Shown: piece after piece, positions 48,735-61,437 of the stretch
Numbering within the stretch: the stretch's first letter is position 1
Layout of the letters: each line of letters begins with the position of its first letter
NCBI GenBank assembly: GCA_002633005.1
Contig: NMRA01001008.1
Coordinates: 7,562 to 71,561 of the forward strand
Reading direction: 5' to 3'
DNA length: 64,000 nt
Source: Phoronis australis
Taxonomy: Eukaryota; Animalia; Phoronida
The notes under the pieces: generated by a model
What the model was told of the DNA's origin: nothing
Databases searched by the model: none
What the model saw: only the letters and a program-made list of their open reading frames with translations
Made by a program: the position numbers and the translations under genes

Positions 48735-51718
48735 GCACAGATTCTGTGCTGTTGCAATTGACTAGGCGGATGAAGAAAATAACGCCTTAGTCCAAGACAG
48801 TGGTGGGGCTATTGGATTAACTGAAAATCCAAACGCTTTGACAGAGTGAATGGTGTTTGGGTCCGAGCTATAGCCAGGTTGCTGACTGAGTTTGATTGTC
48901 AATCGTTTTGCAGACAATAACGAGGAAAAAACGCCACAAAGACATTCTATCCTTCAAGAACAACTTTAAAAACCATGTGAACAGCTTGTTTCCTGTAAGG
49001 TGTCGGTTCAGCAAACTAAAGGGAAACCCCTTCTTTGACCATGGTGATGAACTTATGACGTTAGATACGCCACAAGTTTTCAGACTATCGAAGTGACTAG
49101 AAAACAGCAATATGAAAACTATAAGCAAACAGACATAATTGAAAAGTCCCAACCAACAAAGACCCCTATCAAGAAAAACAAGTTTGTTGTTTCCGAAACA
49201 GCTAACGGGAAGGCAAAAAGAGTGACTCAGCAGCGCATGGATGACATCAAGAAAGACTGTAGCTTCTTTAGTCAGGTTTTTATAGCTAGTCAAATTCTAG
49301 AAGGGTGATTTTTTTATACGTGAGAATCAGTCTTGGTCACCATCCCTGAACCAGAACGACAGTCTCGGTTTACCCTCACAGAAGTCACACTTGCTCAAAA
49401 TGTTGGAATTTCCTCATCCAGACGTTCCTGAATCCGTCGATGTCAAAGTCTTTGATGGACCAGCTATTGTGCGCAAATTTTCTCCAAACCAATCCGCGAC
49501 ATTCGGACAGCTCAGTGAAAACTGCTAAGTGGGCACATTATAACCTTCGCAACTGCTGTAGAATTGACATTGGGTTTGATGCTTACACTGAAGACAGTTT
49601 GAAGGCCACCGCTGATAGAAATACAGTTGATCTTGCCAAAGTTTCACACCAAACGCAACTATCTCTGTACTTCCAGAATTTCTCTCAAACTCGAAGAATA
49701 AAGAGGAATTATTCATGCTGTTAGCTGAAGATATCTTTAGCAATCGCCTATCCTCCAGGACAAAATATATATGTTACCCACGGTCACTCTGTTCTTTCCT
49801 CTGGTTCTGACATACCGCCGAGAGTCGGACACCTGTATGTGCTTGTACATTGCGGACGCTTTGATCAAAGGTAATCAGAGAATCTTGGTTTCTACAATTG
49901 ATACTGATGTTGTGGGCATTCTTCTTGGTGTTTTTGATCAGCTTAAGGCTTTGCTGCCAGCAATTCAAATACGGGTAGTGGTTAAAGCTGGAAAAAACGT
50001 GCGGGAACTCTTCGTCAAGAGTTTGTTTGACTAGGTTAGGTACGATTTGTGTGTAGCTCTACCCATGTTCCATGCCTTAACAGGGTTAGACACAGCGTCC
50101 CAGTTCTATGGAAAATGGAAGAAAACAGCATGGGAGACATTAAAATCTTACCGTGATGCTACTCAGGCATTCTCGTGCCGGCAATCAATTCCTTTCAGCA
50201 ACTCACCGTCGACAGTCAGGAATTCAAAACAATTGAGACATTTACCTGTTTCGTTTATGATCGAAAAATCAAAACCAGCCAAGTCAATACTTTATGAAAG
50301 GAGCTTTTCCAACAAAAAGTTCAGATCATGCCAAATTTATCGCCTACCCAATATCCTTTGATAAAGCAAGTTAACAAATGCTTGTATCAAGCTGGCAGTC
50401 GAATGCCCATCCACGGGAAACCAAGTCCATAGAGGTTTGGATGGCAGAGTGACAAGGGACAACAATGGACACCTTACTGGATAGACATGCCTGAAATCTC
50501 CAAAGCTGGTCAGCAGCTCATGGTTGCAAGAGCATACCACTATGGGGCAAGAGATATAAATTAAAATCAATTCCTTAGCATGCACAACTCTTAGCAAATA
50601 CCGGGGAACATCAGTGTCAGTAACATGGTTTGTTATGGACCAAAGGAACAGATGATGACATTAATTGAATTATGTGGTCTACAATGGCAATTTGAGATTA
50701 ATCTGTTTTATTGTGTTGATATTATAAGCAGATGACAATCGGATTATATGTAGACAGGAGCTAGGAGAAGCATACTACTGACATTTTTGTAAGCTGGGCC
50801 CGGTCTCCAATCTTTTTACTCGAAATGGAACTCGAAATTAGGTTTGCCATTTTCTACTCTACTTTTGGGCGAACTCAAGATAAGTGTCCATTATTCTATG
50901 CTCGAGTACACAATAACTTACGTAGATAATTTATTGCCCTTAGTTCACAGTTTGTAAACCCAATATTAAAGCAATAAGTTCGAGTTCGAACTCTAAATTT
51001 CGAGTTTTTACTCGAGTTTGTTGCACGAATATAAGGGTCTTCAAGGGCAAACTTGAACTAGAAACTCCTATGCATAAACTATAATGTATTCGAGCACAGT
51101 CTGATAACCAATTATCTTAAGTTCGCACAAGAGGAGCAGAGAAATTGCCAAAAATAGTTTCGAGTTCGTTTCGAGTACAAAGATTAGAGACCGGGCCCTG
51201 GTCTCTGAGTTTTTGGTAGTCTGTCAAGTTCTATGCATATATTGGTCTCTTTATCATAACATCAACTAAATTTTCATAATAATTGTACAAATTAATGATA
51301 AATCTAATAAATTTTTGATAAGAAATCCTATTTGTTGTTGTATTAATAGTCTTGCACCAGATCAAAATAGATGATTTTGTTAAAATTGCAGTTGGTTAGT
51401 TAAATTTTGGCGGCCATATTGGAATTATGGAAATGAGTGGTCTTAATATTATGAGAAAAAGATATTGCGATGTCATTATGATAGATTTCTAGTTAATAAA
51501 GTACGATTACCTTGCCTTAAAATGTGTGATCAGCTCTCAAGCAACCGCAAATTGTGTTACTGGGCGGCCATTTTGTTTTTTGAGATTTGACCTTGACCTT
51601 GACCTCAAAATTTGGGAAACCGACCCCCATGAGATTTAGCATGTCAAACAGTACTAGTGTGCCAAATTTGGTGCTTTAATCCGACGTGTAACTGTTTTTG
51701 GGTTAAGGGCCTGGACTA
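48735..51718 (+). mobile_element. AcademX transposon remnant, family B (transposase, XPG-like nuclease, Cys-rich tail; right TIR only)
   Basis: Frameshifted translation gives AID*ADEENNALVQDSGGAIGLTENP, TIDTDVVGIL and LPMFHALTGLDTASQFYGKWKKTAW (XPG/FEN-like helix-3-turn-helix). Ends GGTTAAGGGCCTGGACTA, a CTA terminus. The 5' half is missing. Confidence 0.75.
50797..51197. mobile_element. Harbinger-like MITE (401 bp) nested in the AcademX remnant
   Basis: TIR GGCCCGGTCTC(C/T)AATCTT. TSD CTG at 50794-50796 and 51198-51200. Same termini as 9176-10557. Confidence 0.88.
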
Positions 51719-52884
51719 TATCCTATGGCCATTCAGTACACTTACTGTCTTGTGTCAGTTGCAAGCGGGAAATGCAATAACTCATTGCCTTTCAATTTTG
51801 AATTATTGTCACTAAGCGTCTTGTTTTTAGTTCATTACAGGAACTACTTTCCATATATAATAGCATTCTAAATTCCCTGCGAATCACGAATTCTTTTCAC
51901 TTCCGCCGTCAGTGAATTGCATATGTCATAATGTCATTATGTGTTAGGAATCCCAATATGTTGATATTTAAGACCTGGATATCCTCTTGACGCCCAAAGC
52001 AATACGGTCAAACTGGTAAAAAATAAATCATGTACCCAGAGTACTTGTTAAGGTTGGAAGTAATTGATATAGTCATGGTCGTTTAGATATTACATTCTAT
52101 CTCAGCTAAGTTCAGTGGATCACTCTGAGGCAAGACACACATCTGTAGTGACTTGGCACTGCGAAGTTCTGCAAAAAGTGTATGTTTCTCCGAGAGTATC
52201 AAAAACTACCTTACTGCCATTTTCCAGAGAAATGAACATCAAAGCACACATTGCAAGAACTACGCAAGCGATGAAGAAGGATAAACGGTTTAAGGAGGAA
52301 GACTGGTTGAAAAAAAAGATTTCGTTTCACGCTTGGCTACCTTGAACCGCCATGGGAAGTTGTCAAATTATGAAGAGAGTGAATTTGACAGCGTTTTCGA
52401 GGAAGACTTCAGGTTTAAGCTTGGCAGGAAGGTTGTGCAATCTGTTGAGTTGCTTAAGTAATTTAAGCAATTGATAGTGATGTAATGTTGTAGAAACTGA
52501 GGCAATAAAGCAACACGTGTTGCGATTTAGTCAGACAAAGCACGAGTGGATTCAGTAAAGCAGGATATGTAATCTGGGTTCTTTTTTATTACATAACAGA
52601 ATATAAATAAAGACATGTAACACAAAAAAACAGCCATTCTCACTCATAACACACACGCAACCACGCACGCACACGCCCCACTCAACATACCCACGCACTT
52701 TTAGTAGCATGTTGTCAGGAAAAAGTTTTGGTTAACCAGTTTCTCCAGGTTGCCTGGTATTCATCTAAATTACTATTTTTCAATAAAATTCTTCTTTGAA
52801 TATAAAATTCTCTGTCTAATATCTTAAGGAAATGACAGAAACTAGAGATTTTTTACACTGAGATACGTAAATAAAACATTTTAA

Positions 52885-55800
52885 GAGGCAGTCTATATAA
52901 AAACCAGTAGATTTTCAAAAATCAGTCTATACGTCAAAATTTAAAACAACTTCATTTTTTGTACATGGGTAGGTATCCTAACAAAAACCCAAATGCCAAA
53001 TTTTGCGCACTCAATGACCCCTAATTTCGCCGCTGGAGCATGATAACACAAATTGGCACAATTGGGCATATTAGCCGTCTCAAAAATCGCATGTTTTCAG
53101 CAACAAAAATGAGTAACATACAACATAGATCAAAAGCTATATTTTGGTGGCTGAAATAACCAACGTATACTGTGCATAATTCTGTGCCATTTATTAAAAT
53201 CTAACAGTTTTATGCTAGACAGGGGAGATAATCCACAGACCACTTTTTGGGGCTAATTTTAGTGGCCATTTTTGTGACCTTCTTACTGCCATAAAACACC
53301 TTGTAGCCTTATGTGACGTTTTGAACATACAGTTAAAGAGTTAGTCTTGATGACTGAGCAATAAAAAATCTTGCCTCAACTTTGCACTTTAGTGAAAATT
53401 GTCTTGCAAAACTGTCTATTTTCATAGTTTGGAAATGACGAGCAGAGTTTACAAACCATTTGAACAAACTTTTAGGCAAGAAGTCTGCTTTAAATAGTTA
53501 TAGAAACCAAGTCTAAAGTCTTTCAAATGAAAACAAGATGTTTTCTGGGTTTATTACGCGGCTAGTATCAAAACTGAACCCGATGACCTTTGCCCACTGA
53601 GGAAGTCAGTTGAGGTTTAAAGCTTGAGGATTTATAAAAAATGTACGTGTAATCCTCTCGTATTCTTTCATTTCTTTTACATAATCAGGTTAATTTAAAC
53701 ACTCTGTACAACTTTTGAATGGAAATAAATGCCTTTAAGATTAAACGAGTAAGAATTGATATTTGTAATGTCTGGTTTTGAGAGAAGCAAGTGCATTTTA
53801 AAAAGACAAAATGGCGGACGATGTCGATGGGCCTTCATGTTCCTTTAGAGTTTATTCTTCAAAAAATCACAAAAGCTGTGTGCTTTAGTGAGTCATGTCA
53901 AAGACACCACTGAACATTTGAGATACAAGAAACTACTTCACAAAGCAAGGCCTGTTCCAGAGTACGGACTCGTACTACCCAGAGTCGGTGAATTTCTGAC
54001 TGAACAGGACCAGTCATGGAAGAGTCAGGTAATGCTGGATGTTACCACTCTGCTCCTCTCCTCCTGAACGTAGCACCCTTGTCAAATTCTACCGGCATTT
54101 CTGTTTCGAGATATGACTTTAGTGAAAGTCAGAATGGAAAGGATCTCTGTGATCGCAAGATCGCTCCACTCAAACAACATGCAAAGTACTTTGTAGCCGA
54201 AAGTAATAATATCATAAACTTTCTGGATTTGAAAGAAGCACTACTTTCCAGTGGCCGTGTGAAGGGATGTTATGTGTATGCATTTTCAGTCAATGCAACA
54301 AAGTCTTTTCCAAAATACTCAGTTCCTGGTATAAGGACATTCCCAAATTCCCACTATTCCATCCAAGGAATTCACGTGTGGAAATCATTCCATGTAGATG
54401 ACGGTAAGTTCTTACAAATACTGAGAAAATGGGAAACCTATTTCTCTAAATTACACTAACATCTCTAGACATGGCGGATTTTCAACACCAAGACTTAAGG
54501 TTGGAATTGTATCTAGTGAAGAGCCTCAACAAAAGTTCCCTTGTACCCAGCAAGGTTACTCGAAATTTTTTGCTACAGACGCAGAACTAGGTCGGCATTT
54601 GGATGTGGGTAACCACACTGAACACGTATGACCACATCGCACGACAGTCGTCAGAAATGCTTTTAGATGCAAGAACCCGGAGCGTCATTTGAGGCAGCCT
54701 CAGAGTACAATGTGGATGAGACGAATGCTGAAGCAATAGGTTAGGCATTGAAAAAAGGTAAAAGGTCAACAAGATTTTCATCAAAGGTTAAGAACTTTCT
54801 GACGAACATATTCGATGAAGGAGAAAGTCAGGTAAAAACTTTCACCCTCGGAAGTGCCAAAATGCCGGGAGAAAACATTACGCCGAGAACCCACTGTGAA
54901 AGTGTAAATTTACCTGTGATGTTAAGTGAATCGCAGATTGGTGGATTTTTTCGAGGTTGTCTGCAGCAATGTTTATGACGATGCTATTTCTGCTGAAGAT
55001 GCTGTTATGTTTACTGAATGAAGTGATAAATGAGCTCAACGTTTAGCCTAGTTTTGTAGCATACCAGTCAAAGATGTGTGATATATGAAGTCGAGACCGT
55101 TACTTCTGTTTACTTCATGTCTGTCATGAAGTAGTCATTAATAGAATTGTCTTTCGCGAATTATTTTCTATTAACTGTGAATGTGTACCTTTTTATACCA
55201 CTGATGATCACACTGGCAGAAATATTCAGCGTTAGGGTGCCCGGTGTGTGTGGGGGGAACACCAGATTTCTGTCGACTGGTGGCGACTAAAATTTGTAGC
55301 AACCAGCAGGGACATTACAATATGAACCCAAAGTTACAATGACTATTGACAAGTTGAAGGATTTTTTGCACTGAACACTAGGGGCCGGGGCATATCCACC
55401 TTGGGGGGCTTCCTTTGCCTGTGGCACGAACAAGGCAGATAGAAAACAAGGCAGGGGTGAGTTCAGTAACACTAGAACCTCTCTAAAATTTATCCAAAAC
55501 CACGTGTTCTCATTTAAAATACACGGCAACATCTCGCGAAGTCTTGAATTATAGCAAGGTCCTCGTGTTACTGCTCTTATTCTAGATGCGTCTTCAGTCT
55601 CCACGTAAACAAAAGCAGCGCCATCTATCATTTAGAAGCACGCATGCCAGTTGATTTACGTACACATTTTTGTAATAAGTATTAATCATCAATGCCGTTT
55701 TCATAGAATGGTAATTAATAATGCTGTCTGCCTTTTCTCCAAAATACAAAGTTTTTATTTCGTGTTTCGCAAGCTTATTATATGTTCCAAGAGCCCCCTA

Positions 55801-56363
55801 TTGGCAGCAGAGGCAACTGAGAACATGCAAAAGGACGAAGTGCAGTTCGTATAATGCTTCGTACGCAAAAACTACATTAGAGGCAAGATTTTTTATTTTA
55901 GATTATAAACAGGTTAGGAATGACCTAAAAAATTATTATAAAGTCAATTTCAGGAAAGGTGCGTTATGGCTGCTACAGAGTGTCAAATGTGGCCGAAAAT
56001 GGCTTCAGTGAAAACCTGAAAAATAACCGTTTTTGCCTCACAAATTCAAAACGTATAAATTTAAAAATGGATTTTGAAAGTTATGCCATTACATTATTCA
56101 GCCATTGCCCTTTCAATTCGTATTATTCATTTGTTTTGACCGTATCATACATGCTAGTAAAATGCATTCAAACATGCCTACTTCGACGCCCAATTTTGTT
56201 GCAAAATGGAGGTACAGGTCATAAAAAGAAAAATAATGAATGAAAATTCTTAAAAAGTGAGGTTTTTCTACTTCTCAACAAATCAAACTTATGTGCTAAG
56301 TTTCAAAAAAATCGGTGATTTTGGGTATAGACTCTACCTGTTGGTTTTTACATGGAGTCACTC
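52885..56363 (+). mobile_element. Sola3 DNA transposon (internally deleted)
   Basis: TTAA-GAG...CTC-TTAA termini. Long degenerate TIRs (ataaaaaatcttgcctc at about 53360 is inverted at about 55880). Contains a transposase fragment and a C2H2 finger. Confidence 0.8.
54016..54960 (+). pseudogene. Sola3 transposase C-terminal fragment
   Basis: S(G)NAGCYHS...YDFSESQNGKDLCDR (the SDNAG Asp reads Gly), then FPCTQQGYSKFF...L.RHLDVGNH zinc finger. Frameshifts present. Confidence 0.75.
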
Positions 56364-59300
56364 TTAATTGCAAAAGTATCAAATTTAAAACTTTATTTTC
56401 GTTATTTATGGGCATGTCAAAAATCATTGTTTTCTTATCAATAACCATATTTATACCTTTTACCAACAACACCCAGCTGCGTAATTCTATTAATGTTTTA
56501 TTTTATTACATTCGAAAAGGATGTAATCTACTGTTTCAGTTTGTGACTGACATAACATACATGTACATCAGAGTTATTTTTTATTTTTTTCAAAGAAAAG
56601 TGTTCGTTGTAAGTATTCTATGTAATAGTTTAAATTGCAGTGAACAAAAATTGAAATCGTAAGTAGTTTTAAAAGACAATGAATGTATTTTTTTCTGGCC
56701 AAAACTTCGATATCCATTTTTGGAAACTATTGTCCGTTCTTAGGTTTTATTTAAAGATGCTGGTTCTTCAGTTTTCATCTGTCAAATTCATACTACAATC
56801 AACCTAACTTAACTAAAAGCGAGGCCTTATCGGAGTGTTGACTTAAGTAAAAGTCAAAAGGAAAGGTTATCAATTTGGTAGACTGGCGAGTTATATGCAC
56901 CAAAAGTGATGTGTTAAGCGAAGGGACCTGAATTTTGAAAGGTTGACTTTGGGAGTATCGCACTTGAGTCAATTCTCTGGCATTTAGATCAGTTGCCACA
57001 TCTTGATATCTCGACTTTTCCAATGCTACTTTGTTTCAGTTAACTAGATGGAAAGTATTACACCAGATTGCAGTCACATTAAATATCATTTTTGACTTGA
57101 AACTGGTCCCAACATTGTATATGCAGAAACTGCAAACTTGAGCAGAGTGTTTGACAGTTCAGCTTGAACATTTCAGACAAAATTTGATAGTGTTGTTGAT
57201 GCCATTGTTTTGCTATCAAAGTGCCCTTTCGTTCTCGCTAAACTTTACTAACGTGATCCAGGGTTGCAAAAAGTCAAATTCTCTAGGCTGTTTACGTTCA
57301 GGCAACAAATACTAATGAACTGGGAGAAAAGTTTACTTGAGGTGACCGTTGCAAGACAGCGCCATTCAATTATTTGGGCGCAAACTTGCATCTCGATTTG
57401 TTAGGTTTCCAAGGATGATGGACTCAGTAAGAGTTGCATTATGGTTTTGTCTGTAGTTAATGATGTTTTAAGTTATTCACCCGAAAGATTTTAACACGCT
57501 CAAGTTGTTCAACGAAATGTGTTGAATCTTTTGCTTCTCAGCCGTTAATGTCCCGGCATAATACCTTCCTCACTGACCTCCAAGAGAATGTGAGTCACTT
57601 GTTTGTCCTTCGCCGTAGAATGAAGATTCAAACGCTGTCTTAACATGCGAAACGCCCCGGGGTTTCGGTAGCTGCCCCTTACATTATGTAGTGGGTAAGA
57701 GTTGTGAATACCAAAAGTACAAGCAGTGCACTGCTTTAGACATTAGACATCATTTATACCAGCCACGATGTCACAACGCCACGATGATGCATATGCAACA
57801 CGAAGAACGGATTTAACTCTAGACAACTAACGGCTTGTGTTGCTTTCAAATTCCACTGGCACTGAAGGGGAAGTGACATTGCAGGTCACATTCTAAAACT
57901 CGAACGGCTGACCTTTTTTAGTACCAAAACCCCGAATCAGGGCACTGAAGTTTCAACTAACAGACCAGAAGGCACATGTATAAGTACAGTAGGCGGGCTA
58001 GGCGTACTAAGCGAGAATTCGCCAGAATCTTTCTTGAAATTTTCAACCCAAGTATCGGCGTGCTTTATAGAACAAAATGAGGTGCGCCTTCTTCCAAACG
58101 ATCAATTTCAATCATGGTCTTACTCAAATGCTTCGCGTATAGGCATATTTTCCAAAGTAGCCTCATAGGGCGACATACGTCGCGCATCCTCGGCTAAAAG
58201 TTATTTGAAGTATTGGCCATGGAATTGTAAGAGTTAAAAAATTTTAGACACATTTCTTTCGCAGGAAGTGTCATTTACAATTACGACATTTACATTGAGT
58301 CTAGCAATCAGAAATCCTGATGTCGGATATAACAACACTTCGCCAGTCTCTAAATTAAGGAAGGAGTGAAATTTGTAAACACATTCACGGGTGCCAGTTT
58401 TCGGAAAAGCGGCTCTTCGGACTATCGGGGACCCTTTTGTTTCAGACTCTCCGGCCTTTGGAAAAATAACACAATCGAGCATAACCCGAAATAATTATCC
58501 CGTTCGTGCGCGCAAAATGGTACACCACGGTATGGAAGAACTGCTTCAAACTTTAGCTTATTCAATACCGCGTTGCCTCCTACAAAATATAATATGTAAT
58601 TAATTCTATTAAAAGATAATACAGATGGACTACTGAGAGTGGTAAATAAGCGATCTAGTTTAGAATTTTGACTGAGATGGAGCAGCACAATTGGACCAGG
58701 GTATAGCATGGCCACTTAACGGAAAAGTGACTTTCAATCTGATTACACTGATGTATAAACCCGTTCTGAAAATTTAGTAACTCGCTGTTAAAAAATAAAG
58801 CGTGTATAATTTTACTGAAACATTGGATACAAACTGCAAAGACATGCGTGCTATCAACCACGTCAATTCCGAACACAACCGGACACCGTGTTTTTGATCC
58901 ACTGCTTCTGGTTCTACCCTGGCAGTGCCAAGACTGAACGACATCGTAAAAAATGACAATTATATGATTGTTGGCCAATCATCATGTGAGGCATTTATTA
59001 TAATTTAAGATGTAGTTTAAGATTTTGCCAGCTGAAGTCTGGGATTGAAGCCTGTAGGAACTGCTTCGTTGTACCCAAGAAATAGTACAAGGGGGGCCAG
59101 CACATATAAGGTATAAGGTCATCCAAGACGAATTTCGTTGTCTGATAGCTTGCCTCTTAAGTGTTGCGTCACAAGACATTGTCACCTGCAGTAAAAGGGC
59201 GTCGTGGATTGTGAGATACCATCGACTCGTATTCTCGCATTCTGTCACAAACTAAATTGACCTGCAAATTGCATAGCGGGTAACTATATACTACCGTCAA

Positions 59301-59429
59301 ATGTTAACTCGCGAAGGAATGTTGCCAGAATGGACCGTCACTGCTCCACACATGGTATGACAATAGTAGTTGGTACGAAGAATAACCAACAATTATCATG
59401 ATTCCAAGTGTGGCCATCAGGATTGCCGT

Positions 59430-61437
59430 TCAGATGTCGCTGAGACTGACCTTGGGATGGTAGATTAGACCACAAAACATAGTTAGTCCGTACGCATTGA
59501 TTTTATCCTCGTCTTGTGTTTTTAAAGCTGTACAAAAACAGGTGAATCAGAATGAAATCTGAAAACACAACTTAAATGTCGAGTTATAATGTAAATTAAG
59601 CCGAATTTGATGTAACTTAAGGAACTATTTCCCCCAAGTACACTTTATTGAAGATGTGTACACCTTTCCTAATAAAATAAAACCAGAGTAAAACCAGAGA
59701 TAATTAACACAGCCCCAAGTGGTGGCCAGTTTTGATTTTGTTCCTAACGTGAATGTAAAACCAGTATTTTATAGAAAAACTCATCAAGTTTTGACTGGTG
59801 CACTTTTAACGCGACTTACCGATTTTCGATAGCATTTTTCAACTCTGTGTTGTATGCCGGTAAAATATCACCTTGGGATTGTACTCGCAGAAACACGCCA
59901 GAGACTGTACAATGCCATTTACGTCTCTGGACATGTTTTTTCGGCAAATAGTATCATCTAAACATGCAGGCCACTTAATTCGTCGCAAAGTTCAATGCTT
60001 ACCTGAATTGATCGCCGCTTTAATACTAGGAAAAAGTGGTCCTGTTCCAACTAAAAGAAATACAAACATAATAGTGATGGAAACTGCTCTAAAAAAAACT
60101 GAATACAAGTACTATAAAATTATATATGCGTATTTATGCCCATGAGCATACAGTGTACTTATCACCTTGACCTTTAAATCATGCTGGCTGTTGTACTTTT
60201 GAGAATGGGGAGTCAGGATGTCAGGAAAGTGGAGCTATTTGACTATTTTTTAACAGCTTGTTCCATTCTTAAGAAGCCGTTTAGCCTCATTGATCGTCGA
60301 TAAAATAACACGTGGCACTCCAGTGTTCCGCGTATACGCGGTTCCTCAGACTCCAATTCCGTAGTTATACATGTACCAGTAAACATGCAACTACATGTAT
60401 GTGCACTGTGCATCTGGTGCTGCTCTGGACATTGAACTTATCGAACTTACCCTTGCAACCATAGAGAAGTTGAATCATTTTGATATCTCTGGGGCTCAGG
60501 ATCACAGGTTGTCCAATCTCGACTCCGCTCTGTTTAGGTGTAATTGTTGGCTTCGTCATTTTTGCTGAAAGCATACGCTGGATGATGCATGACACTCAGA
60601 TGGTCAAGGGAAAGATGCTTTCCAAAATTGTTGTCATATCCTGAAAACAAATTCCAAGATGAAGGTTGGCTGTGTAAGTACAGTGCAGTGCTCAAGTGGC
60701 GCGTAGATGCAGGTAAGCGTACCCAACCACCTTTTTGCATTTTAACGTAGCGCCTACGCACCCTACGTTACGGTATAGCGGGGAGTACGTCCATGTAATC
60801 GCAGCGAAACCCTTTTTTACATTTTGACACAGCGCGTACGCACCGTACGTAACGGTGTAGTGGTGTAGTCGTGATACGATAGTTTACTGAATCGATGCAC
60901 TGCGACGACGACAACGTTGCTCGCTGATTCCTTGGGTTTGAGGATACGCAGGTATCATTCAGTAGCACACGTTTTATCACTAGCTGATGTCACCTCGGCA
61001 GTCCTTGGTTAGCTTTACAACAAAGAAAGCCTTGTCATGCCACAGGCGTACGGTTTAATTTAAAATTTATTTACAAAATTTTGTGTGGACTATTTCAATA
61101 CCCCGATTATACGAGTGGATCATGCAGGTAGTTAGTTTTCAGTTTCAATTTTGCAGCAGGACATTAATTCTCCAAAAATACAGAGGCCATTTTTCCACAA
61201 CCATTTCTTGAACAAAAGTATTTACCAACATGTATAATAAAATTCATAATGAATGAATCACCTTTCAAAGTATTCTCGTAGTGAACAGTCACGTAATTGT
61301 CTCTATCAGCGCGTGATTGCTCGTGTTCAAATCTCAGGGCGTGCATAATCTCATGCATCGTCGTTCCTTTTCATTCACATTCATTCCCTAAAGACAGGTA
61401 TTGCTCAGTTTTCATGCTTCCTACAGAAGAGCAACAT
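59430..61437 (-). pseudogene. Astacin-family (M12A) zinc metalloprotease pseudogene
   Basis: Exon 61437-61262 reads CCSSVG...LSLGNECE*KGTTMHEIMHALRFEHEQSRADRD (TGA at 61371-61373; G to R in HExxHxxGxxH). Exon 60640-60451 reads SVMHH...AFSKND/KPTITP...IGQ...LSPRDIKMIQLLYGC (frameshift; Met-turn Y to H). Further putative exons at 60050-60003, 59957-59820 and from 59527. Confidence 0.85.

Noticed and set aside
56800-59250. Coding-looking stretch with several 60-107 aa ORFs
   Set aside because: Could not identify any domain or consistent frame. It may be a decayed gene, but that is unsupported without a search.
61371-61373. In-frame TGA in the astacin as possible selenocysteine or readthrough
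   Set aside because: Not at a conserved Cys position, and the next exon has a frameshift and other lesions.
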